This document shows positions 1-10,257 of a DNA stretch of 64,000 bases, in pieces. The stretch covers positions 278 through 64,277 of the forward strand of contig JAHITY010000101.1 in the NCBI GenBank assembly GCA_018817165.1, in the 5' to 3' direction. The DNA is from Candidatus Omnitrophota bacterium. GTDB taxonomy: Bacteria; Omnitrophota; Gorgyraeia; B26-G9. The position numbers and the translations under genes were made by a program. Within the stretch, counting starts at the first letter, position 1; each line of letters starts with the position of its first letter. The notes beneath the pieces are model-generated. The model saw only the letters and a list, made by a program, of their open reading frames with translations. It did no database searches and was not told the origin of the DNA.

Positions 1-110
1 GTACACGTAAAGGACCGCTTCGTAATATCACTAGAAAAAAATAGGACAATATGTTTGTTCTAAGTTCATTCGTCCTAATATTAATTAGGGGCTCATGAAG
101 GAGAGGGATT

Positions 111-503
111 GTGGCAAATAAGAAAAAAGTAAAAGCACGCAAAAAAGTTGTCAGGCATGTAACTGAGGGTGTTGCCCATATTCAAGCAACATTCAATAAT
201 ACAATTATTACAATTACCGATAATCAAGGTAATGCGATATCCTGGGCAAGCGCTGGCACAAGTGGTTTTAAGGGGTCAAGAAAATCAACTCCTTTTGCAG
301 CGCAGGTAGCAGCAACTAATGCAGCAAAAAGAGCTAAAGAATCAGGTATGAAGGAAATCTCGGTATATGTTAAGGGACCTGGTTCGGGTAGAGAGTCTGC
401 TATTAGGGCAATACAAGCAGCAGGGATACAGGTAACTTTCATTAAGGATGTTACTCCAGTTCCACATAATGGATGCCGTCCTCCGAAGCGAAGACGTGTA
501 TAA
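111..503 (+). CDS. rpsK: 30S ribosomal protein S11
   Basis: 130 aa; the sequence (…[23 protein letters not shown]…[14 protein letters not shown]…) matches S11 throughout; followed by rpsD and rpoA in canonical order. Confidence 0.95.
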   Translation: MANKKKVKARKKVVRHVTEGVAHIQATFNNTIITITDNQGNAISWASAGTSGFKGSRKSTPFAAQVAATNAAKRAKESGMKEISVYVKGPGSGRESAIRAIQAAGIQVTFIKDVTPVPHNGCRPPKRRRV

Positions 504-571
504 TACTGGTTTAGTTTAAAGAGAATAGTTAAAGTTAAAAATAGAAAAGAAAGAGAATAATTGGAGGAATA

Positions 572-1210
572 ATGGCACGATACACAGGACCGTCTTGTAG
601 GATTTGTCGTCGAGAGGGATCTAAATTGTTTCTAAAGGGTGCACGTTGCGCAACTGATAAGTGTGCTTTTACAAGACGCAGTTATCCATCAGGACAGCAT
701 GGCGCGAGCAGAGGAAAAGGGCGCAGTAAGGTATCTGATTACGGATTGCAGCTTCGAGAAAAGCAAAAAGTTAAAAGAATTTACGGGGTTCTTGAACGTC
801 AGTTTAGAAGATATTTCTATGAGGCTGATCGTTTGGAAGGTGTTACCGGTGAATTACTGTTGCAGTTATTGGAAAGAAGACTTGATAATGTTATTCTGCG
901 TAGTGGATTTGCAGTGTCATTAACTCAAGCTAGGCAGTTTGTTCGTTATGGGCATGTTCAGGTAAATGGGAAAAAGGTGGATATTCCTTCTTTTATGGTT
1001 GTTCCTGGATTAAGCATTCAGATGAAAGCAAAGCCTAGTGTTATAAAGTTAGTTAATGAAAATTTAGAGATCACCAAGTCTAGGACAATTCCTTCTTGGT
1101 TAAAAATTGATACAGCGAATCTTAAATCTGAGGTTATTAAATTGCCTTTGAGAGATGAAGTGCCTTTTGCTGTACAGGAACAGTTGATTGTTGAATTGTA
1201 CTCCAAATAA
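572..1210 (+). CDS. rpsD: 30S ribosomal protein S4
   Basis: MARYTGPSCRICRREG… N-terminal zinc-ribbon and S4 domain; 212 aa. Confidence 0.95.
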   Translation: MARYTGPSCRICRREGSKLFLKGARCATDKCAFTRRSYPSGQHGASRGKGRSKVSDYGLQLREKQKVKRIYGVLERQFRRYFYEADRLEGVTGELLLQLLERRLDNVILRSGFAVSLTQARQFVRYGHVQVNGKKVDIPSFMVVPGLSIQMKAKPSVIKLVNENLEITKSRTIPSWLKIDTANLKSEVIKLPLRDEVPFAVQEQLIVELYSK

Positions 1211-1240
1211 TAAATATTTGGAGCCTAAGGAGGTATGTTT

Positions 1241-2227
1241 ATGGGTGCACGCTGGAAAGATTTTCAAATGCCAAAAAGCATTATATGCGAAGAAGAGACC
1301 TTAACGAATACTTATGGTAAATTTATCGCTGAACCTTTTGAACGTGGTTATGGAATCACAATAGGAAATACTTTAAGACGCGTATTGCTTTCTTCGATTG
1401 AAGGAGCAGCGATTACTTCTGTTAAAATCGACAGTGTTTTGCATGAGTTTTCTTCAGTTGAAGGAGTTAAAGAAGATATTGCTCAGATAATTCTTAATTT
1501 AAAACGGGTTGTTTTAAAAGTTCATGGCAGCGGAACTAAAAAGATTTATTTAAAAGTTGAAAAGAAGGAAGAAGCTACTGCTGGAGATTTGATTGTTGAT
1601 GAAACAATCGAGATTATGAATCCAGATTGGCATATTGCTACATTAGCAAAAGATGCAAAATTGAGTATGGAACTTACCGTTACAAAGGGTAGAGGCTATG
1701 TCACTACGGAACGTTTAAACAGTGATGGTAAAACTATTGGCGATATTAAAATAGATGCTATTTATACCCCGGTAACAAAAGTAAATTTCAATGTTGAGAA
1801 TGCGAGAGTTGGACAAATTACTGACTATGACCGCTTGATTCTTGAAATATGGACAAATGGCAGTATTGTCCCGGGCGATGCTTTATTGCATGCCGCTAAT
1901 ATTTCGCAAAGACATTTGGATATCTTCATGAAATTTGGACATATTGAAGAAGAGGAAGTTGAAGAAGCAAAACCCGATGTAGATGAAGAACTTTTAGAAA
2001 AATTAAAAATGCAAGTTAGCGAATTGGATTTGTCAGTAAGAAGCGCTAATTGTTTAAAAGAAGCCAGACTGAAGACTGTGGAAGAAGTAGTTCAAAGAAC
2101 TGAACTTGAAATGTTGAAATATCGTAATTTCGGAAAGAAATCTCTAACGGAAATTAATGCAATTTTGCAAACCATGGGATTATCTTTTGGAATGAAGCTC
2201 GATACTATTCTAAAGAAAAAGGGATAA
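1241..2227 (+). CDS. rpoA: DNA-directed RNA polymerase alpha subunit
   Basis: …FIAEPFERGYGITIGNTLRRVLLSSIEGAAI… NTD and CTD conserved; start placed at the second ATG, 7 nt after the AAGGAGG RBS (the first ATG at 1235 is too close to the RBS). Confidence 0.92.
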   Translation: MGARWKDFQMPKSIICEEETLTNTYGKFIAEPFERGYGITIGNTLRRVLLSSIEGAAITSVKIDSVLHEFSSVEGVKEDIAQIILNLKRVVLKVHGSGTKKIYLKVEKKEEATAGDLIVDETIEIMNPDWHIATLAKDAKLSMELTVTKGRGYVTTERLNSDGKTIGDIKIDAIYTPVTKVNFNVENARVGQITDYDRLILEIWTNGSIVPGDALLHAANISQRHLDIFMKFGHIEEEEVEEAKPDVDEELLEKLKMQVSELDLSVRSANCLKEARLKTVEEVVQRTELEMLKYRNFGKKSLTEINAILQTMGLSFGMKLDTILKKKG

Positions 2228-2231
2228 TGAT

Positions 2232-2798
2232 ATGCGTCATAGAAATGGTAATAAGCGTTTAGGCAGACAAAGCGCTCATAGAAAAGCGGTTTTAAAAAAT
2301 CAGGTTAAAAGTCTTTTAACTAAAGAAAGAATCAGCACTACCTTGAGTTTAGCTAAAGAATCGAGGCGTTTAGCTGAAAAGCTTATTACCTTGGGTAAAA
2401 ATGATACTGTTGCTGCTCGCAGACAGGCATTTGAAGTCTTAGCTGATAGAGATCTGGTGAAACTTTTATTTTCTGAGCTTGCGCCTCGTTTTGCTAGTAG
2501 GGCTGGAGGATATACGAGAATTGTTCATTTAGGAAATAGACGCGGAGATAATGCTGAACTGGCGATTCTTGAATTAACTGAAATGAAAAAAGTAGAAGAA
2601 AAAACAGTTAAAGAAAAGAAACCAAAAAAAGCAAAAAAAGAGACTGTTGCGAAAATAGAGAAAAAAGAAACAAAAACAACAGCTAAGTCTAAAAAAACAG
2701 AAGAAAAAGCAAAAGAAAATAAAAAAACAGAAGAAGAAGATAAAAAAGGGTTCATGGGCGGATTAAGGAAATTTCTTAAGCAAGATAAGGCGGAATAA
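2232..2798 (+). CDS. rplQ: 50S ribosomal protein L17 with lysine/glutamate-rich C-terminal extension
   Basis: MRHRNGNKRLGRQSAHRKA… typical L17 core (about 120 aa) followed by about 70 aa of K/E-rich low-complexity tail. Confidence 0.9.
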   Translation: MRHRNGNKRLGRQSAHRKAVLKNQVKSLLTKERISTTLSLAKESRRLAEKLITLGKNDTVAARRQAFEVLADRDLVKLLFSELAPRFASRAGGYTRIVHLGNRRGDNAELAILELTEMKKVEEKTVKEKKPKKAKKETVAKIEKKETKTTAKSKKTEEKAKENKKTEEEDKKGFMGGLRKFLKQDKAE

Positions 2799-2805
2799 AT
2801 AAAAC

Positions 2806-3969
2806 ATGAAATTTGCAGCGCGTGTTAAGAGTTTAACATCATCACCAACATTGGCAATTACCAGCAAGGCAAAGCAGCTTAAAAAAAATGGTATTGATGT
2901 TATAAGTTTTGGCGCTGGGGAGCCGGATTTTGATACTCCATCGCATATTAAGAAAAAAGCTATTCAAGCAATTCATGATGGTTTTACAAAATACACACCG
3001 TCTACAGGAACAGCTGAATTAAAGAAGGCAATTGTTGATAAATTCAGCAGGGATAATAATCTGCATTATGAGCCTTCGCAAATTGTTGTTTCAAATGGGG
3101 CTAAACATTGTTTGTATAGTATTCTGCAAGTTATTTGCGACAAAGATGATGAAATTTTAATCCCTTCACCTTATTGGGTCTCTTATCCTCAGATGGTTAA
3201 AGTTGCCGGCGGCAAACCAGTTTATTTAAAGACAGCAGAGAGAAATAATTTCAAAATTACTCCAGAACAATTTGAAAAAGCAATCAAGGATAAAACAAAA
3301 GCTTTGATCATTAACTCTCCGTCTAATCCCACAGGTTGCGTTTATACACGAGAGGAATTGCAAAGCATTGCGGATATTGCTGCTGATTATGGGATTTATA
3401 TTATCAGCGATGAAATATATGAAAAGCTTATTTATGATGATGCCGAACATGTTTCCATCGCATCATTAAATGAAAAAATGTATTCGCTGACCTTTACGGT
3501 AAATGGCCTATCCAAGGCTTTTTCTATGACTGGTTGGCGGATCGGATATCTTGCAGGGCCCAAAGAGGCAGTGGCAAAGATATCGAATCTACAGGATCAT
3601 TCAACATCGTGCCCTAATTCTATAGCGCAGGTAGCAGCCTTGGAAGCATTAAATGGCGGTGAAGGTTGTATTAATACGATGAAGAAAGAATTTGTAAAGC
3701 GACGTGATTATATTGTGCATCGGATTAATTCTATTGATAAATTAAGTGTAATTAATCCCAAAGGCGCGTTTTATGTTTTTGTTAATATTTCAAAAACAGG
3801 GCTTTCTTCTTTAGATTTTTCCCAAAAGCTACTAGATGAAGCGCAAGTCGCGGTTATTCCGGGCATTGGCTTTGGTGAAGATAAATTTATAAGACTTAGT
3901 TTTGCGACAAGCATGGAGCAGATTGTTAAAGGTCTTGATAGAATAGAAAAGTGGGTAGAACAATTATAA
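2806..3969 (+). CDS. class I/II pyridoxal-phosphate aminotransferase (aspartate aminotransferase-like)
   Basis: FGAGEPDFDTP…, SPSNPTG, NGLSKAFSMTGWRIGY (PLP-lysine region) typical of AspB/AspC-family aminotransferases. Confidence 0.85.
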   Translation: MKFAARVKSLTSSPTLAITSKAKQLKKNGIDVISFGAGEPDFDTPSHIKKKAIQAIHDGFTKYTPSTGTAELKKAIVDKFSRDNNLHYEPSQIVVSNGAKHCLYSILQVICDKDDEILIPSPYWVSYPQMVKVAGGKPVYLKTAERNNFKITPEQFEKAIKDKTKALIINSPSNPTGCVYTREELQSIADIAADYGIYIISDEIYEKLIYDDAEHVSIASLNEKMYSLTFTVNGLSKAFSMTGWRIGYLAGPKEAVAKISNLQDHSTSCPNSIAQVAALEALNGGEGCINTMKKEFVKRRDYIVHRINSIDKLSVINPKGAFYVFVNISKTGLSSLDFSQKLLDEAQVAVIPGIGFGEDKFIRLSFATSMEQIVKGLDRIEKWVEQL

Positions 3970-4011
3970 TCTGCAGTTTACATAATCTGATACCACATGA
4001 TTGTAACTACA

Positions 4012-4048
4012 AATATTACCATGCTCAACATGGTAATATTTTTATTTA
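4012..4048 (+). terminator. perfect 12-bp inverted repeat AATATTACCATG-N5-CATGGTAATATT followed by a T-run; putative terminator or operator
   Basis: seen directly; located between the aminotransferase stop and the icd RBS. Confidence 0.4.
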
Positions 4049-4127
4049 GACTAAAAATCTAATTATTCCGCCGCAAAAATAGGAATCTAAATTTCTCGCA
4101 AACATTAGTCAAATAAGGAGGTTAAAA

Positions 4128-5228
4128 TTGGCAAAACATACAGTTACGTTTATCCCGGGCGATGGAATTGGGCCGGAAGTTTCCGATGCAGCAAAGCGGT
4201 GTGTTCTGGCTACCGGAGTTGATATTTATTTCGAAGAAGTGCATGCTGGGGCTGATATCCTTGAAAAAACCGGCACTTTATTGCCTGGATCAGTATTAGA
4301 ATCAATTAAGAAGAATAAAGTTGCGATTAAAGGGCCGATAACTACGCCGGTGGGAAGCGGATTCCGTTCAGTTAATGTTGCTCTGCGCAAAGCTAATGAT
4401 CTTTATGCTTGTGTTCGTCCGTGTAAGACATATAAAGGGGTTCAGACTAAATACGATAATATTGATTTGGTTATTGTCAGAGAAAATACAGAGGATTTAT
4501 ACGCGGGTATTGAGTTTGAATTAGATAAGCCTGAGACTTTGGATTTAATTAGTAAAATTGAAGCAATGTCTGGAGCAAAGATCAGAAAAGATTCTGGGAT
4601 TAGTATTAAACCGATATCGGTTACGGGAACACGGCGGATTGTTAAATACGCATTTGAATACGCGATTAAGCATGGCAGGAAAAAAGTTACCGCAGTGCAT
4701 AAAGCGAATATTATGAAATTCAGTGATGGATTATTTTTAAGCGTTGCCCGAGAGGTAGCCAAAGAGTACGAGGGAGAAGTAGAATTTGAAGATAAAATAG
4801 TTGATAATATGTGTATGCAGCTTGTTCAGCGGCCACAAAATTTTGATGTGCTTGTTCTTCCGAATCTTTACGGGGATATAATTTCTGATTTATGTGCGGG
4901 TTTAATCGGCGGATTAGGTGTTGCCCCGGGAGCAAATATCGGAGAGGAAATTGCTTTGTTTGAAGCAACTCATGGCAGTGCTCCGAAATATAAAGGTAAA
5001 AATCAGATGAATCCTTGCGCAATGATTTTTTCAGCTGTGTTAATGCTTGATTATTTAAAAGAAGAAAAGGCCGCGCAATTACTTGAGCAAGCAACGGCAG
5101 AAATTATTGCTGAAGGTAAATCAGTTACTTATGATTTTAAATCAGATAGGAATGACTCTTCAATAGTCGGAACAAAAGAAATGGCTGATGCTATTATCGA
5201 GAGAATTAAACAACTTAAAAGTGCTTAA
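4128..5228 (+). CDS. icd: NAD-dependent isocitrate dehydrogenase (IDH3/homoisocitrate DH type of the isocitrate/isopropylmalate DH family)
   Basis: TTG start after AAGGAGG; motifs GFRSVNVALRKANDLYACVRP, VRENTEDLYAGIEF and NLYGDIISDLCAGLIGGLGVAPGANIG resemble IDH3 rather than LeuB; adjacent to mdh and aconitase. Confidence 0.75.
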   Translation: MAKHTVTFIPGDGIGPEVSDAAKRCVLATGVDIYFEEVHAGADILEKTGTLLPGSVLESIKKNKVAIKGPITTPVGSGFRSVNVALRKANDLYACVRPCKTYKGVQTKYDNIDLVIVRENTEDLYAGIEFELDKPETLDLISKIEAMSGAKIRKDSGISIKPISVTGTRRIVKYAFEYAIKHGRKKVTAVHKANIMKFSDGLFLSVAREVAKEYEGEVEFEDKIVDNMCMQLVQRPQNFDVLVLPNLYGDIISDLCAGLIGGLGVAPGANIGEEIALFEATHGSAPKYKGKNQMNPCAMIFSAVLMLDYLKEEKAAQLLEQATAEIIAEGKSVTYDFKSDRNDSSIVGTKEMADAIIERIKQLKSA

Positions 5229-5260
5229 AATAAAGAAACATTAATCTAAAAGGATTTGAT

Positions 5261-6178
5261 ATGAAAGTAAGTGTTATTGGAGCTGGTAATGTGGGAGCAA
5301 CTTTAGCCCAAAGAATAGCTGAGGCAGATATTGCGGATATTGTATTATTGGATATTGCGCAGGGATTGGCCAAGGGCAAGGGGTTGGATTTGTCAGACGC
5401 GCGTTCAATTATTGGACATGATCGCAATATCCTGGGCACAAGTGATTATAATGATATTGCTGATTCTAAAATAGTTGTTATAACTGCCGGATTGGCTCGT
5501 CAGCCGGGGATGACCAGAGAAGATCTTGTAAATAAAAATACGGCGACTATAAAAAAAGTTATTGCTTGTATTTGCGAAAAAGCGCCCGAAGCTATAATAA
5601 TCATGGTTACAAATCCTTTAGATATTTTAACTAATATTGCTTTAAAGATCAGTGGGTTTAATCATAAAAAAGTAATTGGCATGGGCGGATTGCTTGATTC
5701 TTCCCGCTTTGCCAATCTGATAGCCGAAAGATTAAATGCCTCTCCCAGTGAAATTGAGGCCATGGTAATTGGAGCACATGGTCAAAGCATGTTACCTTTG
5801 CCTAGATTTACAAAAGTGGCAGGCAAAAAATTAACGGAATTACTTTCTCAAGCGGAATGTGAAGAACTGTCTAAAGATACAGTTAATCGAGGGGCTAAAA
5901 TTGTAGAGTGTTTGGGCAATGGCAGTGCTTATTATGCGCCTTCCGCCGCGGCATTCGCGATGGTTCAGGCAATAGTAAAAGATGAAAAAAAAGTATTGTC
6001 GGCTTGCGTCTATTTAAATGGAGAATACGGGATAAAAGATGTCTGTATTGGAGTCCCGATAATTTTAGGAGCATCTGGGGTTGAGCAGATTGTTGAATTA
6101 GAACTTACAAAGCAAGAAACTGAAAGCCTAGTTAGCTCGGCAAACGCGGTTAAGTCAGCGGTTGCTGCTTTATCATGA
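5261..6178 (+). CDS. mdh: malate dehydrogenase (LDH-like MDH family)
   Basis: MKVSVIGAGNVGATLA… Rossmann N-terminus, ITAGLARQPGMTREDL, catalytic-His region IGAHGQSMLP. Confidence 0.9.
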   Translation: MKVSVIGAGNVGATLAQRIAEADIADIVLLDIAQGLAKGKGLDLSDARSIIGHDRNILGTSDYNDIADSKIVVITAGLARQPGMTREDLVNKNTATIKKVIACICEKAPEAIIIMVTNPLDILTNIALKISGFNHKKVIGMGGLLDSSRFANLIAERLNASPSEIEAMVIGAHGQSMLPLPRFTKVAGKKLTELLSQAECEELSKDTVNRGAKIVECLGNGSAYYAPSAAAFAMVQAIVKDEKKVLSACVYLNGEYGIKDVCIGVPIILGASGVEQIVELELTKQETESLVSSANAVKSAVAALS

Positions 6179-7101
6179 TTAAAAAAAACATAGTTTTTAG
6201 TTTTTTGCTTTTTGTTTTTTTCCTTTCCCAAATAATTTTACTCATATCAGCCAAGCGCGAAATAAGCCGAGAGATGTTGATTATGGGCACTGTTTGCCGG
6301 ATCAGCATTGTTTCAGGAAAAAATCTTAGTCCGCAGCAGGCAGAAGCCGCGCTTAATAATGCATTTGCTTTGCTTAAAGATTATGAGCGCAGATGGAATT
6401 TTTACGCCAAAGACAGCGAGCTTAGCTTGATCAATGCGCAGGCTTTTAACCAGTCTGTAAAATTATTGCCAGACACCCGCGAGATTGTCAGCAAATCTTT
6501 AGAACTTTCTGCTTTAACCAATGGCGCTTTTGATATTACAGCAACCTCTTTACAGCGGCAAGGTGGCTATGGTACTATTATTTTAGAGCCTCATGCTCAA
6601 TCGGTTATGTTTAGTGATTTGCAGACAAAAATAGATCTGGGCGGTATTGCAACAGGTTATGCCATTGATCAGGTTCGGGAAGTTTTTAAGAATAATAAAG
6701 TGAATAATTACTTGATTGATATTGGCGGAGATATTTACGCGTCTGGGAAAAATCAAAAAAATAAATTTTGGGAAATTGGAGTGCGGAATCCCTTTGACCA
6801 AAATATTATAATTTCCGATTTTCCGATTAAAGATCAAGCGGTTACTACCTCGGGTAATTATCTGAAAAAGCATATTATTGATCCGCAGACAGCTGTTTTG
6901 GCGGATAATAATATTGAAAGTGTTACAGTAATTAGCGATAGTTGTTTAGAGGCAGATGCCTTAGCTACAGCTTTTTTTATTATGGGCATAGAGCAATCAA
7001 AAGTTTTTATTGATAATTATAAAAATGATATTCAAGTATTGTTTGTGAAAAACATGAAAAATACTCCTGAGATTGTGAAATATAATTGGAAAAAAGATTA
7101 G
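6175..7101 (+). CDS. apbE: FAD:protein FMN transferase (ApbE family), exported
   Basis: N-terminal signal/TM segment; IDLGGIATGYAID… and DIGGDIYASG motifs of ApbE; overlaps the mdh stop by 4 nt. Confidence 0.8.
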   Translation: MIKKNIVFSFLLFVFFLSQIILLISAKREISREMLIMGTVCRISIVSGKNLSPQQAEAALNNAFALLKDYERRWNFYAKDSELSLINAQAFNQSVKLLPDTREIVSKSLELSALTNGAFDITATSLQRQGGYGTIILEPHAQSVMFSDLQTKIDLGGIATGYAIDQVREVFKNNKVNNYLIDIGGDIYASGKNQKNKFWEIGVRNPFDQNIIISDFPIKDQAVTTSGNYLKKHIIDPQTAVLADNNIESVTVISDSCLEADALATAFFIMGIEQSKVFIDNYKNDIQVLFVKNMKNTPEIVKYNWKKD

Positions 7102-7155
7102 CAATATAGTTTAATTTAAGAATTATTAATTTTATCAGACAAACATGAGGTTGAT

Positions 7156-9099
7156 ATGGCAGATAATCTTACGTATAAAATTCTGCGCAAACATCTGGCA
7201 GAAGGGGAACTTGTTCCAGGCAAGGAAATCGGGATAACAATTGATCAAACATTAACTCAAGATGCTACTGGAACAATGGCTTATTTGCAGTTTGAATCCA
7301 TGGGTATTGATAAGATTAGAACAGAAATATCGGTGAGCTATGTTGATCATAATACCTTGCAGCAGGGCTTTGAAAATGCTGATGACCATAAATATTTACA
7401 AACAGTAGCGGCTAAATACGGAGTCCATTTTTCCCGGCCGGGCAATGGGATATGCCATCAAGTTCATTTGGAGCGTTTTGGTAAACCAGCTAAAACTTTA
7501 TTGGGCAGCGATAGCCATACTCCTACTGGCGGCGGGATAGGGATGATATCCATTGGTGCCGGAGGCTTGGATGTCGCGGTCGCTATGGGTGGGGGATTAT
7601 TTTATTTAATTGCCCCTGAGGTTATTAAAATTGAACTTAATGGTAAATTGCGGCCATGGGTTTCGGCAAAAGACATTATTTTACATGTCCTGAGCATTCT
7701 TTCAACTAAAGGTAATGTGAATAAAGTTTTAGAATATTGTGGCGAGGGAATAAAAAATCTGAGTGTTCCTGAGCGTGCCACGATTACCAATATGGGCGCG
7801 GAAACAGGTGTCACAACCAGTATTTTTCCTTCAGATGAAGTCACGCGAGATTTTTTAAAAGCTCAGTCAAGAATTACTGATTGGCAGGAGATGAGTGCTG
7901 ATAAGGATGCACAGTATTCCCAAATTATAAAAATAGATTTAGACCAAGTTGTTCCCATGGTTGCTTTACCGCATTCTCCGGGGAATGTTGTTTGTGTAAA
8001 AGAATTGGCTGGGAAAAAAGTTGATCAGGTTGAAATCGGAAGCTGTACAAATGCATCGCTTAGTGATTTAACAATTGTGGGCAATATTTTGAAAAATAAA
8101 AAAGTTCATTGGGATGTATCCGTGTCTATTGCTCCTGGCTCTCGACAGGTTTTTTCAATGATTTCCAAAAGCGGAGTTTTGGCGATGATGATCGATGCCG
8201 GAGCGAGAATCATGGAAAGTGTATGCGGTTTTTGTATTGGTTGCGGACAAGCTCCCCAAACTAATGCTGTATCTGTGCGGACAAATAATCGCAATTTTGA
8301 AGGTAGAAGCGGAACTGCCAGTGCGGGGATTTATCTGGTATCGCCTCAAATAGCAGCGCTTTGCGCTATTTATGGTGAATTTATTGATCCTTTAACCACT
8401 GATGTTGGGCAAATACCGGCAATTGATTTGCCCAAGAATTTTGATATTGATGATAGCATGATTATTTTCCCACAGGAGGCCTCGTTAAACATAGATGTTT
8501 TTAGAGGTCCGAATATTGGAGCTCCGCCAAAAAATATGGCTTTAAATAATCAGCTGAAGGGGCAGATAGGGATAAAAGTGGGTGATAAAATCACTACTGA
8601 TCATATTATGCCGGCTGGGCCAAGGCTGAAATTTCGCTCAAATATTAAAAAGTATTCAACATTTGTCTTTGAAGGCTTGGATCCTAATTTTTCTAAAAAT
8701 GCCGAAAAACTTCGCGATTCGGGTAATGCGGTTTTTATTCTTGCCGGCGATAGTTATGGGCAGGGGTCAAGTCGGGAGCATGCCGCATTATGTCCGATGT
8801 ATTTAGGAGTAAAGGCGGTGCTTGCTAAGTCTTTGGAACGGATACATGCCGCTAATCTGGTTAATTTTGGAATTTTGCCATTGATTTTTTCTGAGGCAAA
8901 AGACTATGCTAATATGGCCCAAGGGGATCAGCTGGTGATAAGTAATATTATTGAAGCTTTAGATAATAATCAAGACCTGATTATTGAAAATTTAACTAAA
9001 AAAACAAAAGCGAAAATGAAATACACCTTGTCTTTGAGGCAAAAAGAAATTCTTAAATCAGGTGGACTATTAAATTATACTAAAATTAAATCAGAATAG
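7156..9099 (+). CDS. acn: aconitate hydratase (647-aa aconitase-family protein)
   Basis: aconitase catalytic domain (GSDSHTPTGGGIGMISIGAGG; Fe-S ligand region GSCTNAS… and CGFCIGCG) plus C-terminal swivel domain (GDSYGQGSSREHAA). Confidence 0.85.
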   Translation: MADNLTYKILRKHLAEGELVPGKEIGITIDQTLTQDATGTMAYLQFESMGIDKIRTEISVSYVDHNTLQQGFENADDHKYLQTVAAKYGVHFSRPGNGICHQVHLERFGKPAKTLLGSDSHTPTGGGIGMISIGAGGLDVAVAMGGGLFYLIAPEVIKIELNGKLRPWVSAKDIILHVLSILSTKGNVNKVLEYCGEGIKNLSVPERATITNMGAETGVTTSIFPSDEVTRDFLKAQSRITDWQEMSADKDAQYSQIIKIDLDQVVPMVALPHSPGNVVCVKELAGKKVDQVEIGSCTNASLSDLTIVGNILKNKKVHWDVSVSIAPGSRQVFSMISKSGVLAMMIDAGARIMESVCGFCIGCGQAPQTNAVSVRTNNRNFEGRSGTASAGIYLVSPQIAALCAIYGEFIDPLTTDVGQIPAIDLPKNFDIDDSMIIFPQEASLNIDVFRGPNIGAPPKNMALNNQLKGQIGIKVGDKITTDHIMPAGPRLKFRSNIKKYSTFVFEGLDPNFSKNAEKLRDSGNAVFILAGDSYGQGSSREHAALCPMYLGVKAVLAKSLERIHAANLVNFGILPLIFSEAKDYANMAQGDQLVISNIIEALDNNQDLIIENLTKKTKAKMKYTLSLRQKEILKSGGLLNYTKIKSE

Positions 9100-9127
9100 A
9101 ATTAGGCGCAAAGAAAGGTTTTGGATT

Positions 9128-9799
9128 ATGTCTAGACTTGTATTTGATATCGAGACTGTTGGAGTAGAATTTGAAAGTCTGGATAAAACTTCGCAAGAAG
9201 CTTTATTAAAAAATGCAAAAACAGAAGAAGAACAGCAATTGGTTAAAGACTCCTTAGCGCTTTCGCCACTTACCGGGCAGATTGTGGCAATTGGGGTTGT
9301 GGATTATGATACTAATGATGGAATCGTTTTTTTTCAAAGTTCAAATAGTAAAGATAAGAATTTCGAAAAAGATAATAGTAAGTATGTTATCTGCAGCGAA
9401 AAAGAAATCATAGAGAATTTTTGGAAAATAGTTACTAAATATACTCAAATAGTTACTTATAATGGCCGCGGGTTTGATTGTCCGTTTATTATGCTTAGAT
9501 CCGCTGTGCACAGATGCAAGCCAACCCGAGATATTATGCCCTATCGTTTTGACATAAAATCGCATATTGATTTATACGATCAAATCACCTTTTATGGTGC
9601 AATGCGTAGAGGGTTTAGTTTGCATATGGTCAGCCAGGCATTAGGGATTAAAAGTCCTAAAGAAGAAGGTGTTAGCGGCGCAATGGTCAGTGATTATTTC
9701 AAACAGGGAAAGTCACTTGAAATAGCGGAGTATTGTTTGCGGGATGTTAGAGCAACAAAAGAATTGTGTGAGATTTGGCAGAAGCATATTAAGCTTTAA
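9128..9799 (+). CDS. predicted RNase-H-like 3'-5' exonuclease (PolB-exonuclease-related, COG3298-type)
   Basis: VFDIET (Exo I motif) … IVTYNGRGFDCPFI (Exo II-like) pattern. Confidence 0.6.
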   Translation: MSRLVFDIETVGVEFESLDKTSQEALLKNAKTEEEQQLVKDSLALSPLTGQIVAIGVVDYDTNDGIVFFQSSNSKDKNFEKDNSKYVICSEKEIIENFWKIVTKYTQIVTYNGRGFDCPFIMLRSAVHRCKPTRDIMPYRFDIKSHIDLYDQITFYGAMRRGFSLHMVSQALGIKSPKEEGVSGAMVSDYFKQGKSLEIAEYCLRDVRATKELCEIWQKHIKL

Positions 9800-9843
9800 T
9801 TTTAAAATTAGTATTTATCGGAGCAGATAAATAGGAGAGAAAT

Positions 9844-10239
9844 ATGGAGCTTATTGTCGATTATAAGGGAAAAATGAGTTTCGCAGCTCAATGCGGTAAT
9901 CATCAGTTAATCATTGATTTGCCGCAGACAAATGGCGGTGCAGATCAAGGGGCAACGCCTCCTCAGCTGTTTTTGGTGAGTCTTGCCAGTTGTGTTGGTG
10001 TGTATATTGCTAGTTATTGTAATAATGTGGGAATTAATACCGCGGGTATGCAAATAAAAATTAGCGCGGAAAAAGCGCATAACCCTGATCGATTGGATAA
10101 GATAAAGGTTGATGTTAAGATGCCCAATGCAGAATTGGGAAAACGGAAAAGTGCAGTTTTAGCTGTTGCTAAGAAATGCTTAATCCATAATACAATCCAC
10201 AATAATCCTGCTGTTGATATTGATATTATTGCGGAGTAA
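9844..10239 (+). CDS. OsmC/Ohr family peroxiredoxin-like protein
   Basis: 131 aa; paired Cys pattern and length typical of OsmC family. Confidence 0.75.
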   Translation: MELIVDYKGKMSFAAQCGNHQLIIDLPQTNGGADQGATPPQLFLVSLASCVGVYIASYCNNVGINTAGMQIKISAEKAHNPDRLDKIKVDVKMPNAELGKRKSAVLAVAKKCLIHNTIHNNPAVDIDIIAE

Positions 10240-10257
10240 AAATAATGGTGTAAATAA

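Noticed and set aside
639-923. 94-aa alternative-frame + strand ORF
   Set aside because: Nested in a different frame inside rpsD, whose frame carries the conserved S4 sequence.
2525-2755. 76-aa minus-strand ORF
   Set aside because: Mirror image of the K/E-rich L17 tail (reads as an F/S-rich hydrophobic peptide). Artefact of the low-complexity region.
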